Positions 1 through 9,711 of a DNA stretch of 64,000 bases are shown piece by piece. Below the pieces are notes generated by a model. It was not told the origin of the DNA. It was given only the letters and a program-made list of their open reading frames with translations, and did not search any database. How positions within the stretch are numbered: the first letter of the stretch is position 1; every line of letters starts with the position of its first letter. Source of the DNA: an uncultured Gemmatimonadaceae bacterium (GTDB taxonomy: Bacteria > Gemmatimonadota > Gemmatimonadetes > Gemmatimonadales > GWC2-71-9); NCBI GenBank assembly GCA_964574295.1, contig CAZNLY010000006.1, positions 48,805-112,804 of the forward strand. The letters run 5' to 3'. The position numbers and the translations under genes are program-made.

Positions 1-319
1 CCACCACGCTCCCCGTCCCGATCCGGACCCCGTTGAGGAGGATGCTCCCCATCCCGATCAGGCAGCCGTCCTCCACCGTGCAGCCGTGCAGGATGGCCTT
101 GTGCCCCACCCCCACCCGCTCCCCGATGGTGCACGGGAACCCGGCGTCCACGTGGACGATCGTCCCGTCCTGGATGTTGGTCCGCGCCCCGATGACGATC
201 GGCGCCATGTCCCCCCGGAGAACGCTGGTGTACCAGACGCTCGATTCAGGGCCGAGGGTCACGTCGCCCATGACCACCGCGGTCTGGGCAATGAACGCGG
301 TCTTGTGAATGGATGGCAC
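1..319 (-). CDS. gamma-carbonic-anhydrase-like hexapeptide-repeat (LbH) protein, 3' end outside window
   Basis: Minus-strand translation from GTG at 319 reads VPSIHKTAFIAQTAVVMGDVTLGPESSVWYTSVLRGDMAPIVIGARTNIQDGTIVHVDAGFPCTIGERVGVGHKAILHGCTVEDGCLIGMGSILLNG. This is the YrdA/PaaY/CaiE-type hexapeptide pattern. It starts 13 nt after the kinase stop. It is absent from the ORF track because no stop lies in the window. Confidence 0.75.
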   Translation of the reverse strand, partial: MPSIHKTAFIAQTAVVMGDVTLGPESSVWYTSVLRGDMAPIVIGARTNIQDGTIVHVDAGFPCTIGERVGVGHKAILHGCTVEDGCLIGMGSILLNGVRIGTGSVV

Positions 320-331
320 AAGGGCCTCGGG

Positions 332-2353
<2,022 letters not shown>

Positions 2354-2394
2354 GGGGAAAAGCTACGGATCGGAGGGGAGGGGCGCAAATATGA

Positions 2395-2537
2395 GGGACT
2401 TAGGGACTTACGGACTTGAGGACTTGGAGGGGAGGAAAGGCAAAAGGGAAAGGAGGCGCGTCCCCGCTCGGCGGCCCTCCTTTCCCCTTTCTCCTTCCGC
2501 CCCTCCAAGTCCCTTAGTCCCCTAGTCCCCAAGTCCC
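2395..2537. repeat. purine-rich long imperfect palindrome (repeat family 1, copy A)
   Basis: Left arm GGACTTGGAGGGGAGGAAAGGCAAAAGGGAAAGGAGG (2420-2456), 19-nt loop, right arm CCTCCTTTCCCCTTTCTCCTTCCGCCCCTCCAAGTCC (2476-2512). Flanked by inverted GGGACTTA-type short tandem units. The core GGAGGGGCGGAAGGAGAAAGG recurs at about 4860, 19490 and 49860. Confidence 0.7.
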
Positions 2538-2541
2538 ATTG

Positions 2542-4791
2542 CTATGGGTCGACAACGACAAACTGCTGACTCCTCCGATCGGTGTACCCATCCGGCCGCG
2601 TCACCTTGACCTCGATGGTGTAGGTGCCCGCCTTGAGCTTGGCGATCGACACCTCGCGGAGCAGCCGGTCCACGTCGCCCTGGCTCGGCTCCTCGAACTT
2701 GAGGCTGAGCGCCCGCCCCCCGCCCCCGAAGAGGCCCCCGCCCCCGCTCCCCTTCCGGACCGTCACCTCGGTCTTGAGCACCGTCCCCGCCGCCGCACCA
2801 TAGATCTCATAGTAAAGCTGCATGTCCTCGGTGCGGTGGAAGGTCTCGAGCGGGTTGATGTAGACGGTGTCCTCCGGCGTGGCAATCCACTGCAGGTTGG
2901 AGTGCCGCCGGCCCAGCACCAGGTCGCTCACCGCCAGGTAGGGGCTCTTGGCCACGCGCACCGTGTCGGTCGGCTGGACCAGCCCGACGTCCTCCCCCTG
3001 CTGGAGGAGGACGCGATAGCGGTGGACGCCCGGCGGGACGTGCACCTGCGCCCGCCCGACCAGGTGCTCCGAGGCCGGCACCGGCCCCCGCGAGAGGAAG
3101 AACCGCGTGGTGTCGATCGAGGCCAGCGCGTGCCCGACCGAGTCGAAGGCCACGAACCGGAGCCGGACCGGATAGACCTGCCCCCGCGCCGTCTCGATCG
3201 GCGTGAGCGAGCCCCCGGCGATGGCGTAGGCCACCTGCACCAGCGGCCCCTGCTGGTCCATGCCCACCGCCAGGACCTGGATCCGGGCGCTCAACGGCCG
3301 GCCGAAATGCAGCTCGTGGCTGTCGGTGGTGGTGCCCCGCTGGTAGCTCTGCCGCCCCTGGCTCCGCTCCTCGGCCATGTAGCGACTGATGGCCGCGCCA
3401 CCGGCGCCCTTCATCTTGGTGTAGATGGGCGACACCTGCTCCCGGGAGGAGAGCAGCTGCTCCGTGGTCCGGTTGAAGGCCAGCGAGGTGTCCGACCCCT
3501 GCAGCTGCAGCGCCGTGGAGAAGCCGAAGATGTCGAGGAGGCTCTCCACCAGCTTGAAGTCCTGGACGTCCTCCCGCGACACGAAGTGGAAGACGAGGTC
3601 GCCATCGGGGTTGGCGTACTGCCAGGTCTCGTTCGGTTCGATGTCGGGCGCGGCGTACGACGCCCGCGTGGTGGGCTCGCCGTGCTTGAGGTAGATCATC
3701 CCGCGGTCGTCGAACTCGTCGCTGCCGGAGCGGTAGATCTCCTCGATCTGGTAGTGCCGGTTGACGCTGGCCAGGCGGAAGTTGGTCCGCACGTAGGCCA
3801 GCCGCCGGTAGTGCTCCTTGAGCCGCTCGTTCTGGCTCCGGAGGCTGGCGTTGTCGCGGCCGTCCCAGAACTCGTGCAGCCACGTGACCCGGCCCGCCCC
3901 CGCGGCGGAGTCGAACGCCGCCAGTTCGGCCGGCGTGGCAATGTAGGAGAGGTCCTTCCGGTAGTGCGGCACGCTCAGCGTGTCGTCGTACCCGGCGCCC
4001 TCGTAGTAGTTGGCCACGCCGGCGTCGAGGCCGCCCCCCAACTGCGTGCGGCCCAGTTCGTAGTGCCCGAGCCCCGGATCGCCGCCGTGCGCGAGGTACG
4101 CGGTGAAGGCCGCGATGGCGGAATCGGGGCTCCCCACCTCGCGCTCGATCCGCCCGCGCGCCAGCAGCACCCGCGGGTCCTGCGCCGTCTGGCTCGGCGC
4201 CGAGGCGCGGAGGGCGTCGAGCGCCACCGAGAGGCGGATGTTGACCCGCTGGGCCAGGGCGGTGTTGGCCAGTTCCATGAGCCCGAGCACGAACCCCGGT
4301 TCCACCTCCGCCGACTTGGCGTAGGCCGCGGCGGCGCGTGCCATCGCGTCCTTGCCGAACATCGTCTTGAGGCCGGTCACGATGGCCACCTGGGAGTCGC
4401 CGATCCCCAGTTCCGCCAGGCCCAGCCCGTACCAGGCATAGGGCCAGGTGGGCTCGAGTTGGGTGGCCCACTCGAATTCGGAGGCGGCGTCGTCGTAGTG
4501 CGGGGAGCCGACCAGGTCGCCGTAGCGGAGCGCCAGGAACCCGAGCCGGAGGTGGAGCATGGTGTTGTCGCGGTCGTTCTTGGCGTCGATGATGAGGAGG
4601 CGCTCCCGACGCAGGAGCAGGATGGTGTCGGTGATCTGGCTCAGCGTGTCGCGGTAGGCGTCGAGTTCGGCGCGCTGGGCGGGGCTCTGGGCGGAGGCCC
4701 CTGCCGGCCACACCGCCAGCAGCAGTGCCAGCGACACCGACCAGGCGGCCCGGTGCCACGGATGGTTGCTGAAGGAAACGCCTCGGTTCAT
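2542..4791 (-). CDS. secreted TPR-repeat / GWxTD-like domain protein
   Basis: ORF 2542..4851. Likely start is ATG 4791, giving a signal peptide MNRGVSFSNHPWHRAAWSVSLALLLAVWPAGASAQ. N-terminal half looks TPR-like. The segment FDDRGMIYLKHGEPTTRASYAAPDIEPNETWQY resembles the GWxTD-domain core (xTDRGxxYIxxGxP...W.Y) but lacks the literal GW. Coding status is solid; the family assignment is tentative. Confidence 0.55.
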   Translation of the reverse strand: MNRGVSFSNHPWHRAAWSVSLALLLAVWPAGASAQSPAQRAELDAYRDTLSQITDTILLLRRERLLIIDAKNDRDNTMLHLRLGFLALRYGDLVGSPHYDDAASEFEWATQLEPTWPYAWYGLGLAELGIGDSQVAIVTGLKTMFGKDAMARAAAAYAKSAEVEPGFVLGLMELANTALAQRVNIRLSVALDALRASAPSQTAQDPRVLLARGRIEREVGSPDSAIAAFTAYLAHGGDPGLGHYELGRTQLGGGLDAGVANYYEGAGYDDTLSVPHYRKDLSYIATPAELAAFDSAAGAGRVTWLHEFWDGRDNASLRSQNERLKEHYRRLAYVRTNFRLASVNRHYQIEEIYRSGSDEFDDRGMIYLKHGEPTTRASYAAPDIEPNETWQYANPDGDLVFHFVSREDVQDFKLVESLLDIFGFSTALQLQGSDTSLAFNRTTEQLLSSREQVSPIYTKMKGAGGAAISRYMAEERSQGRQSYQRGTTTDSHELHFGRPLSARIQVLAVGMDQQGPLVQVAYAIAGGSLTPIETARGQVYPVRLRFVAFDSVGHALASIDTTRFFLSRGPVPASEHLVGRAQVHVPPGVHRYRVLLQQGEDVGLVQPTDTVRVAKSPYLAVSDLVLGRRHSNLQWIATPEDTVYINPLETFHRTEDMQLYYEIYGAAAGTVLKTEVTVRKGSGGGGLFGGGGRALSLKFEEPSQGDVDRLLREVSIAKLKAGTYTIEVKVTRPDGYTDRRSQQFVVVDP

Positions 4792-4853
4792 CGATCCCGG
4801 GATGGAAGGGTGCGAAAGGGGGACGTTGCAGCACGGGCCGCGTTCACACAAGC

Positions 4854-4884
4854 GGGAGGGGCCCTTCTCCTTTCTCCTTCGTCC
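4854..4884. repeat. partial copy of repeat family 1 (copy D)
   Basis: GGGAGGGGCCCTTCTCCTTTCTCCTTCGTCCC. Its reverse complement contains GAAGGAGAAAGGAGAAGGG, matching the family core. Lies between the amidase stop and the start of the upstream gene. Confidence 0.4.
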
Positions 4885-6873
4885 CTATTTTCCCCACGCC
4901 TTCAGGTACGCCACGATCCCGTTGTACACCGCCTCCGCGTACATCCTCTGCCCCACGGCGCTCCGGAGCGCCGCCTCCTGTTCCGGGACCGCCAGGAACA
5001 TCCCCTCGGTCAGGATGGACGGCATCCAGGTCGGCCGCACCAGCGCCAGGTCGCCGCGGCCCACGCCGAGGTCGCGGATGCCGAGCCGTGCCACGAGGGC
5101 GGCCTGCGTGGCGCGGGCCAGCGGCGCGCTGCGGGGCTGGTTGTAATAGACGCTCGTCCCGCTGTTGGTGAACGGGTTCACCCCGTCGGGCAGCGCGTTA
5201 TTGTGGATCGAGATCAGGAGGTCGGCGTTCACGCTGTCGGCGTAGATCGGCCGCCAGCTCAGGTCCACCGCGGAATCCACCGCCCGCGTCATCAGGACGG
5301 TGGCGCCGCCACCCTGCAGGAGGGCCCGCAGCCGGAGGGCCACCGCCAGGTTCGCCTCCGCCTCGCGGTAGCCGGTGGGGCCCGTGGCGCCGCCGGGGGG
5401 GTGCCCCGGATCCAGCACGATGCGCAATCCCGCGAGTGGCCTCGTGGCGTTGATCCTCGGTGGCCGACGGATCTCGAGGATGAGGTCGCTCCGGTCCCAC
5501 CGGGTCCGGTAGCCCCAGACCGGCTTGGTCAGGTCGAGGGTCAGCGTCACCTCGTCGGCCGAGGCCTGCGCCCAGGTCATCAGTTCCACCAGCGAGTCCG
5601 CCCCGCCGTAGCGCATCCAATTCACGTCCCCCGTCGCCCCGTAGAGCCGGACCGTGAGGGCGCGCTCCGTCTCGGTCACGAGGTACGGAATGCGGTTCGA
5701 GAGCGGAATGCGCAGGGTGGCACCGGTCGGGGATGGGCTCAGCGCCACGGAGCCGACCGTGGCAGTGAGCGCCGGGGTCCCCGGCGGCAGGGCATAGGCG
5801 TCGCCCGCCGGTATCCACGCGACGGAGGTCTCCGACAGCGACAGGCGCACATCCCCGTTCATCCGGCCCGACACATTGGCGCGGGTGCCCGCCGGGAAGA
5901 ACCAGTTGTAGGTGGCGCCGGGGGCCGCCCGCCCGATCGTGAGCCGGTCGGTATTGCCCTTCCCCGCCGTGTCGTCGTTCATCTCGATGACCACCGGCAG
6001 GCTGTCGAGGAGCGCCACCCGGATCGGCCATCGCACCCGGATGGTGTCGCCTCCCTTCACCGCCTCGAGGATGGGTTGCAGGGTGTCCACCCCCTCGGCC
6101 GCGCGGCGGCGGCAGCGCGGGCACCCCGCGACCACCGGCTCCGCCCCGAGGAGGGGGCCGGGGTCGCCGCCCAGGGAGCGCCCGCGGAGGAGGCCCACGT
6201 AGCGGTCGGCCCGCGCGGGGCGGGTCAGGTTGGCGGTGTCGCGATCGAAGGCGCGCACCCCCCACGGCACCTCGTCGAACCCGATCGAGTTGACCAGCGG
6301 GAAGGTGGAGCCGTCGGGCAGCAGCAACCGGAGCTCTGCCCCTTCGGCGGCGCGGACCGAGAGCGGCAGGTACTCGTCCGCCGGCCACCAGATGTTGCCG
6401 CGCGGCCGGAAGGAGAAGGTGTCCACCCAGAGGGGCGTGGTCGGTGCCGGAGCTCGGGGCGCCCGCCGCACGAGGTAGGTCAGCGAGTCGCGGGTGCCGT
6501 TGGGGCGGGTGGCCAGGAGCTGGAAGGTCATCACGCTGTCCGGCGGGAAGGGAATCCACGCCAGCCAGGCGCCGTTGGGCCAGACGCGCACCGAGTCGCC
6601 ATTGATGGTGAGGCGAGCGTCGCCGCTGCCGGTGTTCCCGAACATGAAGGAGTAGTCGCCGGCGGAGACGACGTCTCCTCTCGAGGGGTACACCACCGAG
6701 AGGGAGAGCGGCCCCGTGACCCGCGCGATCGGCGGCAGCCGTCCGGTGCTGGGATCCAGCGGCTTGGCCGGTGCCGCGGCCTTGGGCTTGGCGCGAGGCT
6801 TGGCCTGCTGGCCCTCTGCGGGTGACGCGACAGCCAAGGCAAGGAAAAGCGCGGCAAGAAGGCGTCTGGGCAT
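4885..6873 (-). CDS. N-acetylmuramoyl-L-alanine amidase (Amidase_3, AmiC-like) with long N-terminal domain
   Basis: 662 aa, ATG start, signal peptide MPRRLLAALFLALAVASPAEG. C-terminal LRIVLDPGHPPGGATGPTGYREAEANLAVALRLRALLQGGGATVLMTR...ADLLISIHNNALP...GTSVYY...LTEGMFL is the Amidase_3 signature. Confidence 0.85.
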   Translation of the reverse strand: MPRRLLAALFLALAVASPAEGQQAKPRAKPKAAAPAKPLDPSTGRLPPIARVTGPLSLSVVYPSRGDVVSAGDYSFMFGNTGSGDARLTINGDSVRVWPNGAWLAWIPFPPDSVMTFQLLATRPNGTRDSLTYLVRRAPRAPAPTTPLWVDTFSFRPRGNIWWPADEYLPLSVRAAEGAELRLLLPDGSTFPLVNSIGFDEVPWGVRAFDRDTANLTRPARADRYVGLLRGRSLGGDPGPLLGAEPVVAGCPRCRRRAAEGVDTLQPILEAVKGGDTIRVRWPIRVALLDSLPVVIEMNDDTAGKGNTDRLTIGRAAPGATYNWFFPAGTRANVSGRMNGDVRLSLSETSVAWIPAGDAYALPPGTPALTATVGSVALSPSPTGATLRIPLSNRIPYLVTETERALTVRLYGATGDVNWMRYGGADSLVELMTWAQASADEVTLTLDLTKPVWGYRTRWDRSDLILEIRRPPRINATRPLAGLRIVLDPGHPPGGATGPTGYREAEANLAVALRLRALLQGGGATVLMTRAVDSAVDLSWRPIYADSVNADLLISIHNNALPDGVNPFTNSGTSVYYNQPRSAPLARATQAALVARLGIRDLGVGRGDLALVRPTWMPSILTEGMFLAVPEQEAALRSAVGQRMYAEAVYNGIVAYLKAWGK

Positions 6874-6942
6874 GGCGACAAGCTACCCCCGGGGCGCGAG
6901 GTGCGACAAGCACTCGAACGCTCGTCCGGGCCGCGGAACCGA

Positions 6943-6971
6943 TTGACGCTCCCCGTGGCCCGGCCTAGATT
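6943..6971 (+). promoter_or_regulatory. candidate sigma-70-type promoter for the PP2C/FHA operon
   Basis: TTGACG (6943-6948), 17 nt, TAGATT (6966-6971), in the divergent intergenic region about 70 nt upstream of the PP2C start. Sequence match only. Confidence 0.35.
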
Positions 6972-7042
6972 CCCCGACCCCCTCCCCCCTCGCTCCGGAG
7001 CACCCGTGGCTCGGCGATCCTCCCCCCTCCCTCCCCGAGTCA

Positions 7043-8152
7043 TTGCCTAGTCCCGTGGCCTCCGCTCCCATTCACGTCTCCGTCTCCGGTCGCACCGACG
7101 TCGGCCGCACCCGCGACCACAACGAGGACACCTTCCTCGTGGCCGACCTCAGCACCGGCCAGGTCACCATCGAGCCGGGGCTCCACGAGCGTGTGGCGGG
7201 CGACCGGGGGATGCTGCTCATGGTGGCCGACGGGATGGGGGGCGCGGCCGCCGGCGAACTGGCCAGCGCGCTGGCCGCCGAGACGATTCACGCGCACCTG
7301 GCGGCCACCTGGTCGAAGGAATCGGAGTCGGGCGGGGAGCGGTTCGCGTTTCGAATGCGCGAGGCGGTGGAGGAGGCCAACGCCCGGATCCACGCCTACG
7401 CCCTGGAGCACACCGACGTGCGCGGGATGGGAACGACGGTGACCGCCGCCGGTGTGTACGGCCCCGACCTCTACATCGCGCAGATCGGCGACAGCCGGGC
7501 GTACCTCGTCCGCCAGGGCCAGGCCACCCTCCTCACCAAGGATCAGTCCCTGACGCAGCGGCTCGTGGACGCCGGCGAGCTCACGGAGGAGGAGGCCGAG
7601 CGCAGCGAGCGGCGAAACATCATCCTCCAGGCGCTGGGACCAGACCCGCAGGTCCGGGTGGACCTGACCCACGAGCCGCTCCGCCGCGGCGACCTCCTCA
7701 TCCTCTGCAGCGACGGGCTCAGCAACCAGGTCAAGCGCGAGGACTTCTCGTCGCTGGCGGCCTCCACCCCCGACCTCGACGCCCTCTGCGCCGCCTTGAT
7801 CTCCGTGGCCAACGAACGGGGCGGCCCCGACAACATCACGGTCGTCGCGGCCCGGTTCGAGGGTCCCGGCCTCCCCCTGGGCGACGTGAGCGAGCCGCCG
7901 GGCCATCACGTCTATGCCCTCCCGGGCGACGCGCCCCTGGAGGAGGACTTCCGGACCGGATACTCCACCGGTGAGATCCGCCCCGCCGATCGCGTGGGGA
8001 TCACCTACCCCGCCCCGGCCTCGGCCGTGGCCGCCGTCGCCACCGACCGCGCCATTCCGGCCCCACCCGTCCGCCGGCGCCTTCCGGTGGCGCTGCTCAG
8101 CAGCATCATCATCGGCGCCGCCATCCTGCTCTACTTCCTGCTGACCCGATGA
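7043..8152 (+). CDS. PP2C-family Ser/Thr protein phosphatase with C-terminal TM anchor
   Basis: GRTDVGRTRDHNEDTF, MVADGMGGAAAGELAS, ILCSDGLS, GGPDNITVV motifs. C-terminal LPVALLSSIIIGAAILLYFLL. Start is TTG 7043 or GTG 7055. The stop overlaps the next ATG (ATGA). Confidence 0.9.
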   Translation: MPSPVASAPIHVSVSGRTDVGRTRDHNEDTFLVADLSTGQVTIEPGLHERVAGDRGMLLMVADGMGGAAAGELASALAAETIHAHLAATWSKESESGGERFAFRMREAVEEANARIHAYALEHTDVRGMGTTVTAAGVYGPDLYIAQIGDSRAYLVRQGQATLLTKDQSLTQRLVDAGELTEEEAERSERRNIILQALGPDPQVRVDLTHEPLRRGDLLILCSDGLSNQVKREDFSSLAASTPDLDALCAALISVANERGGPDNITVVAARFEGPGLPLGDVSEPPGHHVYALPGDAPLEEDFRTGYSTGEIRPADRVGITYPAPASAVAAVATDRAIPAPPVRRRLPVALLSSIIIGAAILLYFLLTR

Positions 8153-9558
8153 CCCCGCGCCTGGCCATCCTCTCCGGCGCGCGCGCCGGGGCAGTGGAGC
8201 CGCTGCCGGGGGCGGTGGCGAGCATCGGGCGCCACGCCACCTGCCAGGTCCGGCTCGACCCCGACGCCGACGTGCAGGTGTCCAGCCGGCATGCGGTCAT
8301 CCAGCGCCGGGACGCCGCCTGGGTGGTGCGCGACCTCGGCAGCGCCCAGGGCACCTACGTGAACGGGCAGCGGATCGAGGCGGAGCAGCCGCTCAATGAC
8401 GGCGACGTGCTGCGGCTGGGGGCGGAGGGCCCGGAACTCCAATTCCTCCTCTCCGATCGCGCCGTCGTGGCCGCGCCGAGCGCGGCGCCGACGGCGGCGC
8501 AGCCGGGCAGGCCGACGCTGTCGCCCGAGGAACTGGCGCGGATCCTCGAGGAGGAACAGGCGGGGCTGCTGGCGCGGGAGATGGCGGCCGCCGCTCGCCG
8601 CCGCCAGCTGGTGCGGATTGCCGTCGGCACCCTCATGGCGATCACCGTGGTGACGACGGCGGTGGTGCTGGGCCGGCGCGCCGCGCTGAGGCGCGCGGAA
8701 ATCGAGGCGAGCACCGCGGAGCTGGCCCGGGCCGACAGCCTCATGGCGTCGGTCGCGACGCTCCGCGCCACCACCCCGGCCATGCAGGCGGCCCTCGACT
8801 CGGCCCGGCAGTCGGCCCGCCGGCTGCGGATGGCCCTCGACTCCTCCGGCCACAGGCCGGAGGCGATCCGCCCACTGATGACGCGACTCGATTCCGCCGT
8901 GGGGCGGCAGCGCGTGATCGCGGCTGCGGCGGCGTTCGACGCCCCGGCGATCGCGGCGCCGAGCGCCTTCGGGGTGGCGTTCGTGGTGGCCCAGTATGCC
9001 GACGGGAGCGAGGTGACCGCCACCGCCTCGGCGGTCCGCCGCGACGGCACCGGCGTGGTGCTGCTCACCTCGCGCGCGGTGGGAATCAGCGCCGCCTCGA
9101 TCCCGCCGGATCGGGTGCTCGTGCGCTACCCGGGCGTGGCGGGCGCGCTCTCCGCCACGGTGCTCGCGACGCACCTCACCGAAGACCTGGCGCTGCTGCG
9201 CGTGGCGCAGCGCGGCGGGTTGCCGGTGGTCCAGGGGCTCGGATGGAAGGACCCGCCACTGGCAGCCGGCGCGCCCGTGGCCGTGACGGCGTACGCCGCG
9301 CCGGCGCCCGCCGGCGACGGTGACTGGGCCAAGGCCTCCGTCGTGTCCAGCACGACCACCGGCACGGCGGTTCGGGTGACCAAGGAATTCATCACGGTGG
9401 ATGGGTGGGGGGCGGAGCTGGCGGCGGGGGCGCCGGTCTTCGACGCCGAGGGGCTGGTGGCGGGGGTGGTCTCGTCGGCGGCGCCCTCGAGCGGCGGGCG
9501 GCTCTACGACGTGGTGCCGGTCATCTACGCGTTGGAGCTGCTCGACCAGCTGCAGTAA
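8149..9558 (+). CDS. FHA domain - TM - trypsin-like (apparently non-catalytic) domain protein
   Basis: N-terminal FHA (SIGRHATCQVRLDPDADVQVSSRHAVIQRRDAAWVVRDLGSAQGTYVNGQRI). TM IAVGTLMAITVVTTAVVLG. C-terminal HtrA/trypsin_2-like blocks LLTSRAV, DLALLRV and GAELAAGAPVFD. Confidence 0.8.
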   Translation: MTPRLAILSGARAGAVEPLPGAVASIGRHATCQVRLDPDADVQVSSRHAVIQRRDAAWVVRDLGSAQGTYVNGQRIEAEQPLNDGDVLRLGAEGPELQFLLSDRAVVAAPSAAPTAAQPGRPTLSPEELARILEEEQAGLLAREMAAAARRRQLVRIAVGTLMAITVVTTAVVLGRRAALRRAEIEASTAELARADSLMASVATLRATTPAMQAALDSARQSARRLRMALDSSGHRPEAIRPLMTRLDSAVGRQRVIAAAAAFDAPAIAAPSAFGVAFVVAQYADGSEVTATASAVRRDGTGVVLLTSRAVGISAASIPPDRVLVRYPGVAGALSATVLATHLTEDLALLRVAQRGGLPVVQGLGWKDPPLAAGAPVAVTAYAAPAPAGDGDWAKASVVSSTTTGTAVRVTKEFITVDGWGAELAAGAPVFDAEGLVAGVVSSAAPSSGGRLYDVVPVIYALELLDQLQ

Positions 9559-9590
9559 ACCAAGCTCGACTTCCTCAGGCCATCGGGGTG

Positions 9591-9710
9591 GCTTCACCCC
9601 GTATCCCCCGCTCCAGCACGTCCACCTCACCCCCTGACCCCCTCTCCGCGAAACGGAGAGGGGGAATGACCTGACCTCCTGTCCCCCCTCCGGCAAGCGG
9701 AGAGGGGGGG
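9591..9710. repeat. 120-nt double-hairpin repeat (family 2, intergenic copy E)
   Basis: Hairpins CCCCCTCTCCG-cgaaa-CGGAGAGGGGG (9638-9664) and CCCCCCTCCG-gcaag-CGGAGAGGGGGG (about 9684-9710). About 90 percent identical over the roughly 90-nt core to 10073..10192. Lies between the convergent stops at 9558 and 9712. Confidence 0.75.
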
Positions 9711-9711
9711 C

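Noticed and set aside
2395-2537. CRISPR array or tandem-repeat locus explanation for the purine-rich repeats.
   Set aside because: The copies are single, dispersed and palindromic. There are no regularly spaced direct repeats with unique spacers, and no cas genes in the window.
2539-6825. Very long plus-strand ORF (1428 aa) and similar giants. Examples: 86..2419(+), 8131..9696(-), 12670..15018(-), 15285..17213(+), 21941..23110(+) upstream part, 23030..24481(-), 24503..27448(-), 24961..28368(+), 39305..41485(-), 49377..51863(+), 57670..58815(+).
   Set aside because: All lie antisense to, or out of frame with, genes that carry clear family signatures. Their products are monotonous R/G/P/A/H/D-rich strings. 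Such shadow ORFs are expected when codon position 3 is almost always G/C.
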